A DNA stretch of 64,000 nucleotides from Azolla caroliniana (lineage: Eukaryota; Plantae; Polypodiophyta): assembly GCA_043228905.1 (NCBI GenBank), contig JBHGNT010000013.1, positions 21,080,001 through 21,144,000 on the forward strand, given 5' to 3'. Position numbers and translations under genes: made by a program. The notes beneath the pieces are model-generated. The model searched no databases. It was not told where the DNA came from and saw only the letters and a list, made by a program, of their open reading frames with translations. Shown piece by piece: positions 23,247 through 35,228 of the stretch. Position 1 is the first letter of the stretch. The number at the start of each line of letters is the position of its first letter.

Positions 23247-24079
23247 TGTCGTGCCTCTCGGCATCGGATCGTTACATGAGTCGGGTGGGAACCACTGGGG
23301 TTTTCGACTAGGAGAAAAGAGATCGTGAGATAGAGATTAATTATGAGTAGATAGCAAATAGAAAGATAAGAAACTCGTGAATCACACAAGTATACTATAT
23401 TAATTGGTACTTAGGTTGTTAAGAAAGAAGTAGATGCATAAATCGTGAATCCCACTAATAATTTTTATATTGATCAATACTTAATCCAAAATAATCAACC
23501 CTTATACATCTTTCTCTCCTCCTTATATAAGAATGGAAGAGGCTAAGCATAGCTTCTTGCTTTTCTAAAGTGTTCATGCCCACTAAATTTGCATGCTTTA
23601 CTTTTCCCACTACGATTTCCTAAATTTAGTATTCATGCCCGCTAGATGTGCATGCGTAATTTTATTAGTGTGCATATAAATAAAGTTTTCACGCATTCTA
23701 AAAATGCATGACTTACCTTTTAATAAAGGTAGGCGAAAATAAAGGTTTTATATGTGTTAAATCTATATTTGAAACACTTAGAATAAGTTAGTGTAATGGT
23801 AAGGCTGGAGTTTTTCTTCGTGGAGGTGCAGGGTTTGAATCCTGCCCTATGCACGTAACAGAAATTTTAATGTTTCTTTTATTTACAATTGTGTCTCTTC
23901 ATCCCGTAAGAGACTCTCACCGGCCTTCTTCATCCGGCTCTTCCTTGCCGATTCCTCCTTGCCAGTTTGCCAATTCCTCCTTGCCGGTTTCTCTTCGTCC
24001 GGTTCTCACCGGGTATTTCATTCTCTATCCAGATGGACAAAATGCAATTTCCACTTAGTGTGTAAATTACACTACGACA
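23247..24079 (-). repeat. A2 3' LTR (833 bp) with the tRNA-like module at 23789-23848 (+)
   Basis: Matches 51281-51793 plus 58173-58478. Confidence 0.92.
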
Positions 24080-27000
24080 CTCACCCCCTCTAAACCCGCA
24101 CATCCTCCGGTATGTGCCAAAGTTCCCGATGTTCCATATTCGCCTCCATCCGTATCACTCTCCGAATCTTCCCTTATGTCGACTATGAGTTGAAGTCCAC
24201 TTTCTTCGCTATCCGCATCACCGCGATCTTTGTCCGGTTGCTCCTCATTGTCGGTCTCGTCTATGGCTACATAATATTCGTTGTTAGTCCGCTTCTTGAA
24301 GATCTTCACCCGTTTCCCTGCTATACGCACTCGTAGTATCGTTCCATCCAACTCACTTAGTCGGTAAGTTCCGTTGTCAAAAACTTTCTGAACCTCATAG
24401 GGGCCGAACCACCTTTTTGCGAACTTTCGTACCGTTGTATGTTGATGATCCAAACTATTGTAATAGACAATCACCCAATCTCCTTCTTCAATCTTCCGTG
24501 GTCGTAGTCGGTGCTTGGTGTCGAACCGGCTTTTGTTCTGGAGTCGCGCTTCTTGTTGTCGGCGTGACTCTTCCGCTACATCTTCCGGTCTGCCCTCCAG
24601 TTGTCATATCCGGACCGCTAGTAGTTCTTCCCGGCTCATCTCTTCCTTCTACGGTATCATTGTCCATGTCGCGATTGCGGTTTCCGTCAGCATTATCGGT
24701 GCTTGTCCGGTCATAAGTTCTGCCGGCATATAACCGGTTACGGATCTATGCGTCGTCCGATCCGCCCATAGTGCATACGGGAGCATCTGTGGCCAATCCA
24801 TCACCCTTCCGTCGCATGCTTTGGTAAGTGCTTTGACGATCGGACTATGTCCTCGCTCGACCTTCCCGTTGGCTTCTGGATTGTATGTCGTTGTTAGTGT
24901 TAACTGAACTCCATGTTTGGCGAAGAATCCCCTAGCTTTATCAGAGTCAAGTTCTCCCCAATCCGCAATCACTTGTCCTACGCACCCGTACCTACAAAAC
25001 ACTTCTTCCAAAAGAAATTGACATACCGCAGAACATGTTTTTCTTCGTAGCGCTCGACCTTCTACTTGATTTGTGAGATCTTCCCGAGCTAACACCAAGT
25101 ACTTCTTTTGTCCGATCCCGGTTGGCATGGCTACAATGTCGACCATCCATTTGAAGTTGATTGTCGGTGAGAATGTCGGATGTAACTCATCTCGGTGTCG
25201 AACTCCGGAGTAGATTTGACACTTCTCGCAGCTTTCCGTGAACTCCGCGACATCTTTGTACATATTCTTCCACCAAAATCTTTGCTTGATCTTCCCAAAT
25301 GTTGCCCATGTTCCCCGATGTCTAGCCCAATCAGATTCGTGAAATTCGGACATTACCTAGTTTCGTTGCTCTTTTGTCCCAACTACTCGAAGTGGTATGC
25401 CACCCGGTCTTTTCGGCTCCCTCCATAAAAATCCATTTTTCAAGAAGAACTTTCGGACTTGCCGTTGCTTACTTCGGATCTCGTCTCTCTTCTCTTTATT
25501 GTTCGATGATTCCTCGATTTCTCGTAGCATTTGCCCGAACAACAAGCTTTCTCCCTCGTATTCTTCTTCCCGGAATTCTTGGATTACATCCACCCGGCAT
25601 ATGTGCTCCGAAGCAAAGTAGTTTTCCGAAACTTCTTCATTATCGGATTCGGTTATGTCATCTCCGAACCGCGCCCTTGATAGCATATCCGCTACAGTGT
25701 TGTCTTTTGCGGAGATGTGTCTTACCTCCGGATTAAGTGACTTAACATATGCAATCCACCTTAGCATAGCCACATCCGGTAAAGTACAACACCGCATCAT
25801 CCCAAGTATCGGAAGACAATCCGTTTCAATCACTACTTCGGCTCCGATCAAATAATCTCGATCCGATTTGATTGCCGACACGACTCCCCATAATTCTCTT
25901 TTGACTTGCACATACCCGCGTTGCCTTTCGTTGAGAACCTTTGCTCCGAATCGGATCGGATATCGCGAACCATTCGAGTCGAGTTGATTGATGACCCATC
26001 CGATTCCGGTTGGACTTGTATCAACCGTTACTATAACCGGTCGGTCATAGTTCGGCTTCTTTAGAGCTTCAGCCCTCCATAGTGTTTTCTTGAGCTTCCT
26101 CATGGCTTAGGTGTGTTCTGGTTTCCATTCGAACTTCTTCCCCTTCCGCAACAAGTGATAGAGCGGGTCCGCAATATGTGCGTAGTGCGGAATCCATATG
26201 TGATAGAATGCACATGCTCCAAGAAACCTTCAGACTTCGGATTGTGACTCGCATACTTCTTTCATAGCTTGAATCACATCGATCTTGGTTGGTGACGGTC
26301 TTCGACCGTAGGGCCCACATAGATGTCCAACTACCAATATTTCTTCTTGTCCGAATGCCGATTTCTCTCCGGAAAGTGTTAGATGCACATCATCTAACTT
26401 CCGTAACACTTTCTCACAATCACGGATATGGTTGACTACGAACCTTCGGCATCCCCGTTCATCCATAGCTTCATCTTTTTCTTCCACCGCACACCCTTTC
26501 ATCGGAATGTCATCTAGGAACGGCATCGTTATCTCCGGTATGCAATCCGGGAGCACCTTGTTCATCGCATTCATCATATGTGCGACTGAGTTCGTCGCGC
26601 CTTGTGGTAGCGTACACATCCAAACTAATCCTATCGGTGTCCGAATGGTAGTGATGTCTCGGCTCTCCACGGCTAGTTGGAATTGGTCATATCCGGAGTA
26701 TAGGTCTCCGATGGAGTATATCGCGTGACCGGGAAATGCTTCCGCAAATTCGTCCACTATCGAACCGACTCCGGAATTCCGGATCGTGACCTTCTTCACT
26801 AGTTGCAAGTCTTGGATAAATCGGAGTGACCCATTCTTCTTCGTAACCATAAACCATCGATTTGAGTATGGAGCATTTGATGGCTCTACAATCCCCATCG
26901 CCACCTTCTGCTTGAGCAAGTTGATGGCTTTCGGAATATGCGCCCGCGGCACCGGAATCGGCTTCAAGCTCCACGACACATGGTCAATCGTGAAGATCAC

Positions 27001-27793
27001 CATCGGCACCACTATCTTCGGATCAACGAACCCTATCTCCTTCGATGTGAATGCAAATGCTTTTCCATGTTGTTCCACCATCTCACGAAACCGTTCTTCT
27101 TCTTTTTGTGAGAGGAAACCACCTCCATCGATCCGAAGTTTCTTCCGGGTCTCATCCGAGAAGGCATGTCCGATATCCACAGACTTTCGAAGTGTTGGAT
27201 CTCGTGAGACCTCTTTCCTCTTTTGTTCGCTATCGGCGGGTAGCGGTCCTGCGGCCGGTTTCACTATCTTCTCCACGATCTTGTATTTCGTACTTACCTT
27301 TACTTCTTCTTTGCGGAACGCATCCGGCCCCATTTTCGCAATGATCTTGTACATCTCAACCGATTCCACCGAGACTACCTGGTCTTCTTGGATTTTACCC
27401 TCCACAAGCTCTTCAAACCGTTGTAGCGTGCTCCCATAGAACACTTCTTCGACTACCCCCACGATTTCTTCATCTTCTTTTATTATTGATGCCGACCATA
27501 ACTTACTCTCAACCTTTCGGTATTCTTTCTTCATTCCTCCAGCTACGGCTGCGTACGTTGATGCCCCATCCAGACCGATTCATACTTGTTTTGCTCCGAG
27601 AGTCTTCTTCCTGTGTGGGGTATCAGGGCTTCTCGGACTATCACTTCCCCACTCCGCAACAGTCCGTTCTAAAAATCCATCTTCGTTTGGGACAAGAGCT
27701 CCCTCTTGTTCCTTTCATGATTTGCCGGCACAGTTAGGAATTGGACGGATTTCCCTTTGTTTTGGCTCCGAATTCGTGCAAAAGCCGCACCGC
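24067..27793 (-). pseudogene. A2 protease end plus RT-RH-IN with several in-frame stops
   Basis: ORF pieces 26230-27534, 25357-26103, 24649-25353 and 24067-24474. Confidence 0.9.
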
Positions 27794-28104
27794 TGTCGTG
27801 TGAATCTTCACACACTATGTAAAAAAATAATGAAATAATTATTATAGATTAGATTAGTAGCTTACTATAGAAAAATGGATATACTCAAGAGCTTCAAAAT
27901 GTATTTACTATATACAAAATGGAGAAATACATATCAAGTTATGTGAAAATATAGTTTGAGGAGATAGGGAAATTAGAACTATCCCACATAGATAGGAAAG
28001 TTAAGGCCATGGCTATATAAACACCTTGAGCTCCCTCATTTTTCATTTGTGCTAAGAGCACTTTGGCCACTTTTTCTTGATGGATGATGGTGGCCAAATT
28101 CCCT

Positions 28105-28410
28105 AAAACCGGAACCGGAACTGGTATGCAAACCGAAAACCGGCCGGTAAGTAAAACTGGAACCCGCTAGCAAGCAAAACCGGAACCGGAACCGGCCGGC
28201 AAGCAAAACCGGAACCGGAACTGGCAAGCAAAACCGGAACCGGAATCGGCAAGCAAACCGGGGCCGTCGACAAGCAAAAGCGGGACTGGCCGGCGAGGAA
28301 AATCGGGACCGGCCGGCAAGCAAACCGGAATCGGCCGGCAAGCAAACTGGAATCGGCCGGCAAGCAAACCGGAACAGGTCGGCAAGCAAAACCGGGACCG
28401 GAACCGGCTA
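28105..28410. repeat. ACCGGA / GCAAGCAAA tandem array in F-LTR U3 (also about 46885-47055 and 48385-48695)
   Basis: Directly visible; array length differs between LTR copies. Confidence 0.9.
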
Positions 28411-29136
28411 CTGGACGAGGTTGGATGCGGACGGACGAAAGATTGGATCATGCAACAAACTAAAGTAAAGTGAAGAGAACTAAAGTAAAGGCCATGTGGA
28501 CGCAAGCAACTAAAGTTGGAGTGCATGGAAAAAGTAAAGGTCATGTGGACAATCACATGCAACCAAAAGAAAAAGCTAGGCAACTAAAAGTAGAGGCCAT
28601 GCAACAAAAAGTGGAAAGGCAATGATCAAGGGAGAACTCCATATTTATTCCTTTTTTTTTCCTACACTAGGACTCACTCTCCATATTATCTTAATTTCTT
28701 TTCTTTTCTTTGGGAGCTCTCTTATATTACCGAAGCCAATAACCCTAATCTTCCCTACGGAAGCTATCTCTCAAGTAAACCATAATTTCCATACGGAAGC
28801 AATCTCTCAAAATCCAAAATTCCTTGTCAAAGCCATATCACTCAAGAATCATAATCTCTTATTTCCTCTAATCTATTATTCTAATCATCTCCATAAGATA
28901 AAACTTTTGTAATCCCAATCTTGGGATTGATTGTAATCTTTCTTTCCCTTTCATTAATGAAATTTGCTAATCTTTCTCATTTCGGTTAATTCTTAGTACA
29001 TAAATACACGAATTTGATATCCTCTAGACAAAGGCCCCGGGGTCTTGCCTCAACGTTCACGTATCCTCGTCGTATTTTCGACATCTTTGGTGAAGCCGAC
29101 GTGAAATGAGGCAGTAGGAGGATATCAAGTACGAAG

Positions 29137-31931
29137 ATGGCTTCGACAAGTGGAACTCAAGGAGAAGAATTGACGAAAGGCATGGTGTCCGTCGTCGAAT
29201 TCATGCTGAAAGAGAGAGATCGGGAGGCTTTAGTCGACAAAGCTATTGACCGAACTGTGGAGACAGTTGGAAGATTCGGTGGGAAGAACATCACAAATTT
29301 CCTTGCTACCTACCGGAATGAGATGCAACAAAGAGATGTCCATGATCCAAAACTAATTTCAAGCTTTAAACGTGTGGTAGAACCCGGGATCCGTGAGCGC
29401 GTGATGGAGATCCAAAATGAGCATGCTGTTGGGATTACGGTCCCTTCTGATGGGATGGTCGGATGTCGGAGATGAATGCCGACAGGCCCGGTTTCGGTTT
29501 CGGATCCGGATGACGAAGACCCCGGCTTCGGTGCCGGATGACGAATGTACCCGGAGACCGATCCGGATGCAGGGACATATCCGTGAATATGTTCGCTATG
29601 GGCCCCTGAGGCCACAGTTGTAAATAGCCCCAAAGTCATATGTGTATAAATATGACTTAGGGCAAACTGTTTTGTTGTTGCTTCTCTTTTTTCTGTTTTT
29701 CCACTCAAGAGGAGTGAAGAGGGAGCAGCCGTGAGACAGAGTGAGAGATAGAGCGCGAGAGAAGAAGAGGTAGACGCCTCTGTGTATTTCCGCCGCCTGT
29801 GGCGAGGACAGCGAGCTCAAGGTCGTCGCCTTGGAGCTCGTCATTGTATACTTCTCTTGTATAGTGTTGTTTGGAGTCTTGCACTCCCGTGGTTTTTCCC
29901 ATCTAGGGTTTTCCACGTAAATCCCTGTGTACTCGTGTGTTTCTCTCTTTTGGTTTCTATTTTCTGCTGCATTGATCCGCGATTAATCGGTTGTGGCCGA
30001 GTGAAGAAGGTGAATCTAAGCGTTGATTCCCAACACATGCAACTTGGGCGGAGTTCAAAAGGGCTCTTCTCACTGAATACATGCTTGAAGACGCATCGCG
30101 GATGACTCGGCATACGTTAATGAATTGGATCGAGAAGAAAGGGAAGAATTTGTGTGCATCGGGAATTTATGCCAAATTCGACTATAAGTACAACCGACAT
30201 CCGAGTGTCGAGCAACGAGTTCTCGACGGAGATAAAGTCTTACTATTCCTAAAGGCAATGGATGCGAAAGATCGGCGAGAATTGGGCAGTTTCTTGGAGG
30301 ACAAAACACAACCAAATGGCTTGGTAGCGGACTGGGCGGCGGTGAAGAAGGCTTGCAGCCGTTTTGATAAGCGGCGACAATGGCAAGAGGAAGCTGAGGT
30401 CGAGAATCCACAATTGTGGAAGAAGGCACCTACGACGATTGAGCCTAGTAAGCCGATCAACAATTTCGACAAGAAAGCAATGGAGGAGTCTATAATCAAA
30501 GAGCTCTCCAAGAAGGTTGATGCGGTATCGCTAGGCAACTTAGGTCGACGCGGGCCCAAGGGAAAAGAAGCGTATAGATGTGTGTGGTGCGATAGCTTTG
30601 AACACTCACGAAGGGAATGTGCTGACTTGCAAGATGCGATCCGCAAGAATGTCGTCTATTTGGACGGCAACATGATTCACTCGAGCGAGACCCGGAAGCC
30701 ACTACGAGTGAACTTCGGAAAAGGTGGGCTGAAAAAGATTGTAGAAGAAGAAGATGCAAGGCATGTGGAGGCTATGCACTATGCCGCTTCGGCTGGGATA
30801 CGAGTTGGAAAAGAGAATCTTAAAATGATCAAGCCAGGAGCTGGGTTTTGGCCAACGGTCTTCGAGTGTGAAGAAAAAGGCAAAATCAATTCGGAGGATC
30901 TAAAACTTGCTGACCGAAACGTGCGACGAGCAACCGGATGGTTAGATCCAATCGACGAAAACACAAGCTTTGCGGAGGTTGTGTGTGACACCTATGAAGC
31001 CCTTGTCGAAGAGAAGAGGAAGAGAACTGGTGAAGAAGATGGCACATCAAAGCGACCTAACACGAGGAACAGAGGGAAAGAAGGGCCACCCCAACCTATC
31101 CCAAGAAAAGAGATTGGTGAAACAAACATGAAGCCCGGTGGATCGAGCCAACCTGCTCGGATGGAAGTCGAAGAATCAACGAAGAAAGGAAAAGAGCGAG
31201 CGGCACCAACTTACAAGCTAAGGTCGGACATAGAACAAACAACTAACTTGCGGGAGGTCTTTGAGGAGAAGGTTTTAGATAGTCATGTCGACCTTACCTT
31301 GAGAGAGCTACTTGGGATCGCGAAGAAGAAGTTCCATGATACTATCGTGGACCTTATTAAAAGGAAGCGGCAACAATCTGATGAAGAGGAGGTGAAAACA
31401 AGTGCCATAACCATGGCAAGATCAGAAGAGGAGGAAGAAGAAGAAGTAGTGGCGGATAGCCATTACTCGCGGCCTCATTGGGCAAGAGCGACAACAGAGA
31501 CACCGGTGAAGATCGGGGAGAAGAAAGAGACCATGGTCGCTTTGATTGACCATGGCTTAGAGATCAACCTCATGTCGACCGAGTTCTACAAGAACAGAAG
31601 ATGGCCGATTAATACAAACCACGGATGGAAGATTCGAGCGGCGACGAAGGCTACGGAGGACTTGTATGGAGCTTGCCCCAACGTTAAAGTCACGATCGAG
31701 GATGTAGAGATTGATCAACACTTCTTCGTGCAACACTCGGCTTCACATCCCGTCATCCTAGGACAACCATATATAACATCGTCCCGGATGGAGACCAAGG
31801 TGTTCGATAATGGAGCAGCCTTCGCGCGCGTCAAGAGTCTTGATAGTAAAAGATCCGTTCAATTCCTGACGGTGCGAGCTAATCATGAAAGGAACCGAGA
31901 TAGCCTTGGAGGCGAATCCTCGGATTTTTAA
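29137..31931 (+). pseudogene. Element F gag-protease, interrupted by a Copia solo LTR
   Basis: Zn knuckle CVWCDSFEHSRREC and LIDHG; ends GGESSDF*; the frame continues across the solo LTR. Confidence 0.9.
29427..30035 (+). mobile_element. Copia solo LTR G (H/I-related), TSD CATGC
   Basis: TGTTGGGA...TCCCAACA with identical 5-bp flanks at 29422-29426 and 30036-30040. Confidence 0.95.
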
Positions 31932-34900
31932 AGCGGACTATTGAAGCATGGGGCACAAATAGTCCGAACAATCATAAGTCCCCACAAGGAAGCAAAGTGC
32001 GTGGATTGCAAGGAGAAGCAACATGCGTCACACCTGGCGGCGCATGCAAACTTAGACTACTCAACAAGAAGGAAAAGTGTCAGATACAAGACTTCGAGGA
32101 GGTGCTAAAAGAAGAAAGCATAATCGAAGAAGAAGAATTCGTGTCATATATTCTGGAGGAAGCCTCATTTAACGACACCATCGGCGAAATCGAGGCAGTC
32201 GTGGATTTGAGCTATCCTCACCATCAACATGTGATTTTGGTTAACTCCGTCAACATGTATACTATCATCGATGAATATCATCGAGGCATCTTGATAGAGG
32301 AAGTCGAAGTCAACACAAAATATAAAACCGTGGATAGGAAGATCAAGCCAGTTGTAGTTCCGCTACCGGAAGATAGCTGGCAAAAGATGAAGGAAATTGC
32401 AAAAGATCCAAGCTTAAGGAACCCAAATACAATTGGTCACGTCTTCACTGAAGAGACGAAGGGAAAACTACGAGTTGGAAGGGAGGATTTCCTCCTCCCT
32501 GAAGAGGAGCGGATGTTTCGTGGAATGCTTGAAAGACATGGGAAGGCTTTCGCGTTTTTCCCACAAGAAATCGGGTGTGCTAATCCAAGGACGGTAGAAC
32601 CGATGGTGATCTTCACGGTGCCGCATGTGCCTTGGAATTTGAAACCGATACCGGTTCCGAGAGCACACCTACCAAAGCTGATCGAGCTCTTAAAGGAGAA
32701 GGTGAGGATGGGAATTCTAGAACCGTCGAACGCTCCTTATTCTAATAGGTGGTTCACAGTGCCAAAGAAGCATGGATTGTTGTGATTCATTCAAGATCTT
32801 CAACCCATCAACAAGGTGACAATTCGGAATGCTGGAATCGGTCCGAGTGTGGATAAATTTGCCGAGGCGTTTGCGGGCCGGTCCATCTACTCCATCGGCG
32901 ATCTCTACTCTGGCTACGATCAATTCCAGTTGGCGGTCGACAGTCGTGACATTACAACCATGAGAACTCCAATCGGGTTGGTGCGGATGTGTACCTTACC
33001 TCAAGGCGCAACGAACTCGGTGGCTCATATGGTGAATGCCATGAACAAGGTCTTGAAGGATTGCATCCCGGATATCACGATGCCATTCTTAGATGATATT
33101 CCGATAAAAGGATGTTCGGATGAAGAGAAGGATGAATCAAAAGATAAGGATGGATGTAGAAAGTTCATCATGGATCATATGAAAGATTGCGAGAAGGTGC
33201 TCCAAAGGCTCGAAGATGCGAATTTGACATTTTCGGGAGAAAAATCCGCATTCGGGCAACCGGAGATCCTGGTGGTAGGTCACTTGTGTGGAGCATACGA
33301 TCGGAAGCCTTCGCCATCCAAGGTGAATGCAATCCAAGACATGAAAGAAGAATGTGTAACCTAAACGGAGGTTCGAAGGTTCCTTGGAGCATGCGCGTTT
33401 TATCATATTTGGATTCCACACTACGCCCACATTGCTGAGCCATTATATGGTCTACTAAAGAAGAAGCGGATGTTCGAATGGATGAGTGAGCATACAATCG
33501 CCATCCGAAGGCTGAAGAAATTATTGATGGAGGCACCTGCATTACAGAAAGCGGACTATTCATACGGCAAGCCCATTTTCGTGACTGTGGATACTAGTCC
33601 AATCGGAATTGGATGGGTTATCAACCAAGAAGATGAAGATTGCAACCGATATGCAATTCAGTTTGGCGCGAAAGTGTTAAGTGACAGGCAAAGAAGGTAT
33701 GCCCAAGTGAAGAGGGAGCTATGGGGGATCGTCTCGGCAATCAAATCTGATCGTGATTACCTTATTGGAGCAGAAGTCATAATTGAGACAGATTGCCTAC
33801 CAATTTTGGGTATGATATCTGGTTGTAATACACCGGATATTGCCATGTTGCGTTGGATTGCATATATCAAATCACTCAACCCGGAGATCCGTCATGTAGC
33901 TGGGAAGCGTAATGTCGTTGCAGACATGCTATCACGAGCGAGATACGACGGAGAAGAAGATCGACAGTCTAATGAAGATGATGTTGGCCTGGATTTCTTT
34001 GCAAGTTCCTATGCTCGGGTGTTGATTACTTTCATAGAAGAGGACTACGAAGGCGAATTCGTGGAGATCGGGAAATACTTGAGTTCTCTCCAAAAAGATG
34101 AATCATGGTCGACGGAAGACTTCCATAGAATTCGGAAGAAAGCATACAAGTATTTCCTTAAGGATGGAGCTCTTTGGAAGCATGCAAAAAAGAAGAATGG
34201 GACTCCGATGAGAGTTGTCTGCAAGCTAGAAGACCAACAAAAACTAATGTCCGAATTTCATGATAGTGTTTTTGCAGGCCATCGAGGAATATGGGCTACG
34301 TTTGAAAAGCTTAAGGAGAAATATTGGTGGCCGGGCATCTACAAAGATGTAGCAGCTTATGTGGAAACATGTAAGGAATGTCAGATGTTTTCGAATATTC
34401 GCCATCGAGATGGACTTCATCCGACTTACCCGTTGGCTATGCATTACAAGTGGATGGGACATCGTGATGATGCCAATGGGGCGATGGCAGATGAAGTATC
34501 TTGTGTTGGAAAAACAGTGCTCGGCCACAACCGAGGGATAGGATCAACTCACTGAAAACAGGAAATACAAAAAAAAATGCACGAGGACAATAGAGAGAGA
34601 AGGTACACTGGATATTTTACGTGGAAAACCCTAAATGGGAAAAACCACGGGAGTCCTCAAACTCCAACTATCACTATGAACAGGGATGTACACTGGTGAA
34701 GCTGCAAGGCAACAACCTTGAGCTCACTGTCTTCGCCACAAGCGGCGGTAATACACAGAGGCAACGACCTCTTCGTCTCTCTCTCTCTCTCTCTCTCTCT
34801 CGGCTGCTCTCACTTCGCATAAAAATGAGCAACACGATAAAACTGTTTGCCCTAAGTCATATTTATACACATATGACTTTCGGGCTATTTACAAATATAG

Positions 34901-35228
34901 CCTCAAGGGCTCTTGGCAAACATATTCACAAATATGTCCCCGCATCCGGATCTCTCTCCGGGTACATTCGTCATCCGGCTCCGCAGCCGGGGTCTTCAGC
35001 ATCCGGTTCCGTAACCCGGGTCTTCATCATCCGGAGCCGTATCCGGGTACTCTTCATCCGGCTTCATGCCGGGTACTCTTCATCATCCGGTTCCGTATCC
35101 GGGTACTCTTCATCCGGCTTCATGCCGGGTACTCTTCATCATCCGGTTCCGTAACAGCCTCCGGGCTTGCCGTCATTCATCTCCGGACATCCCATCCGGA
35201 GGGACCGAAATCCCAACAAACTCCCCCT

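Noticed and set aside
28036-28912. ORFs with PVPV/RFRF repeats and hydrophobic ORFs in the F LTRs (also 46651-47391 and 48220-49195)
   Set aside because: Products of low-complexity LTR arrays; the repeat-derived frames differ between copies, and the shared 96-aa ORF only reflects the duplication and has no recognisable domain
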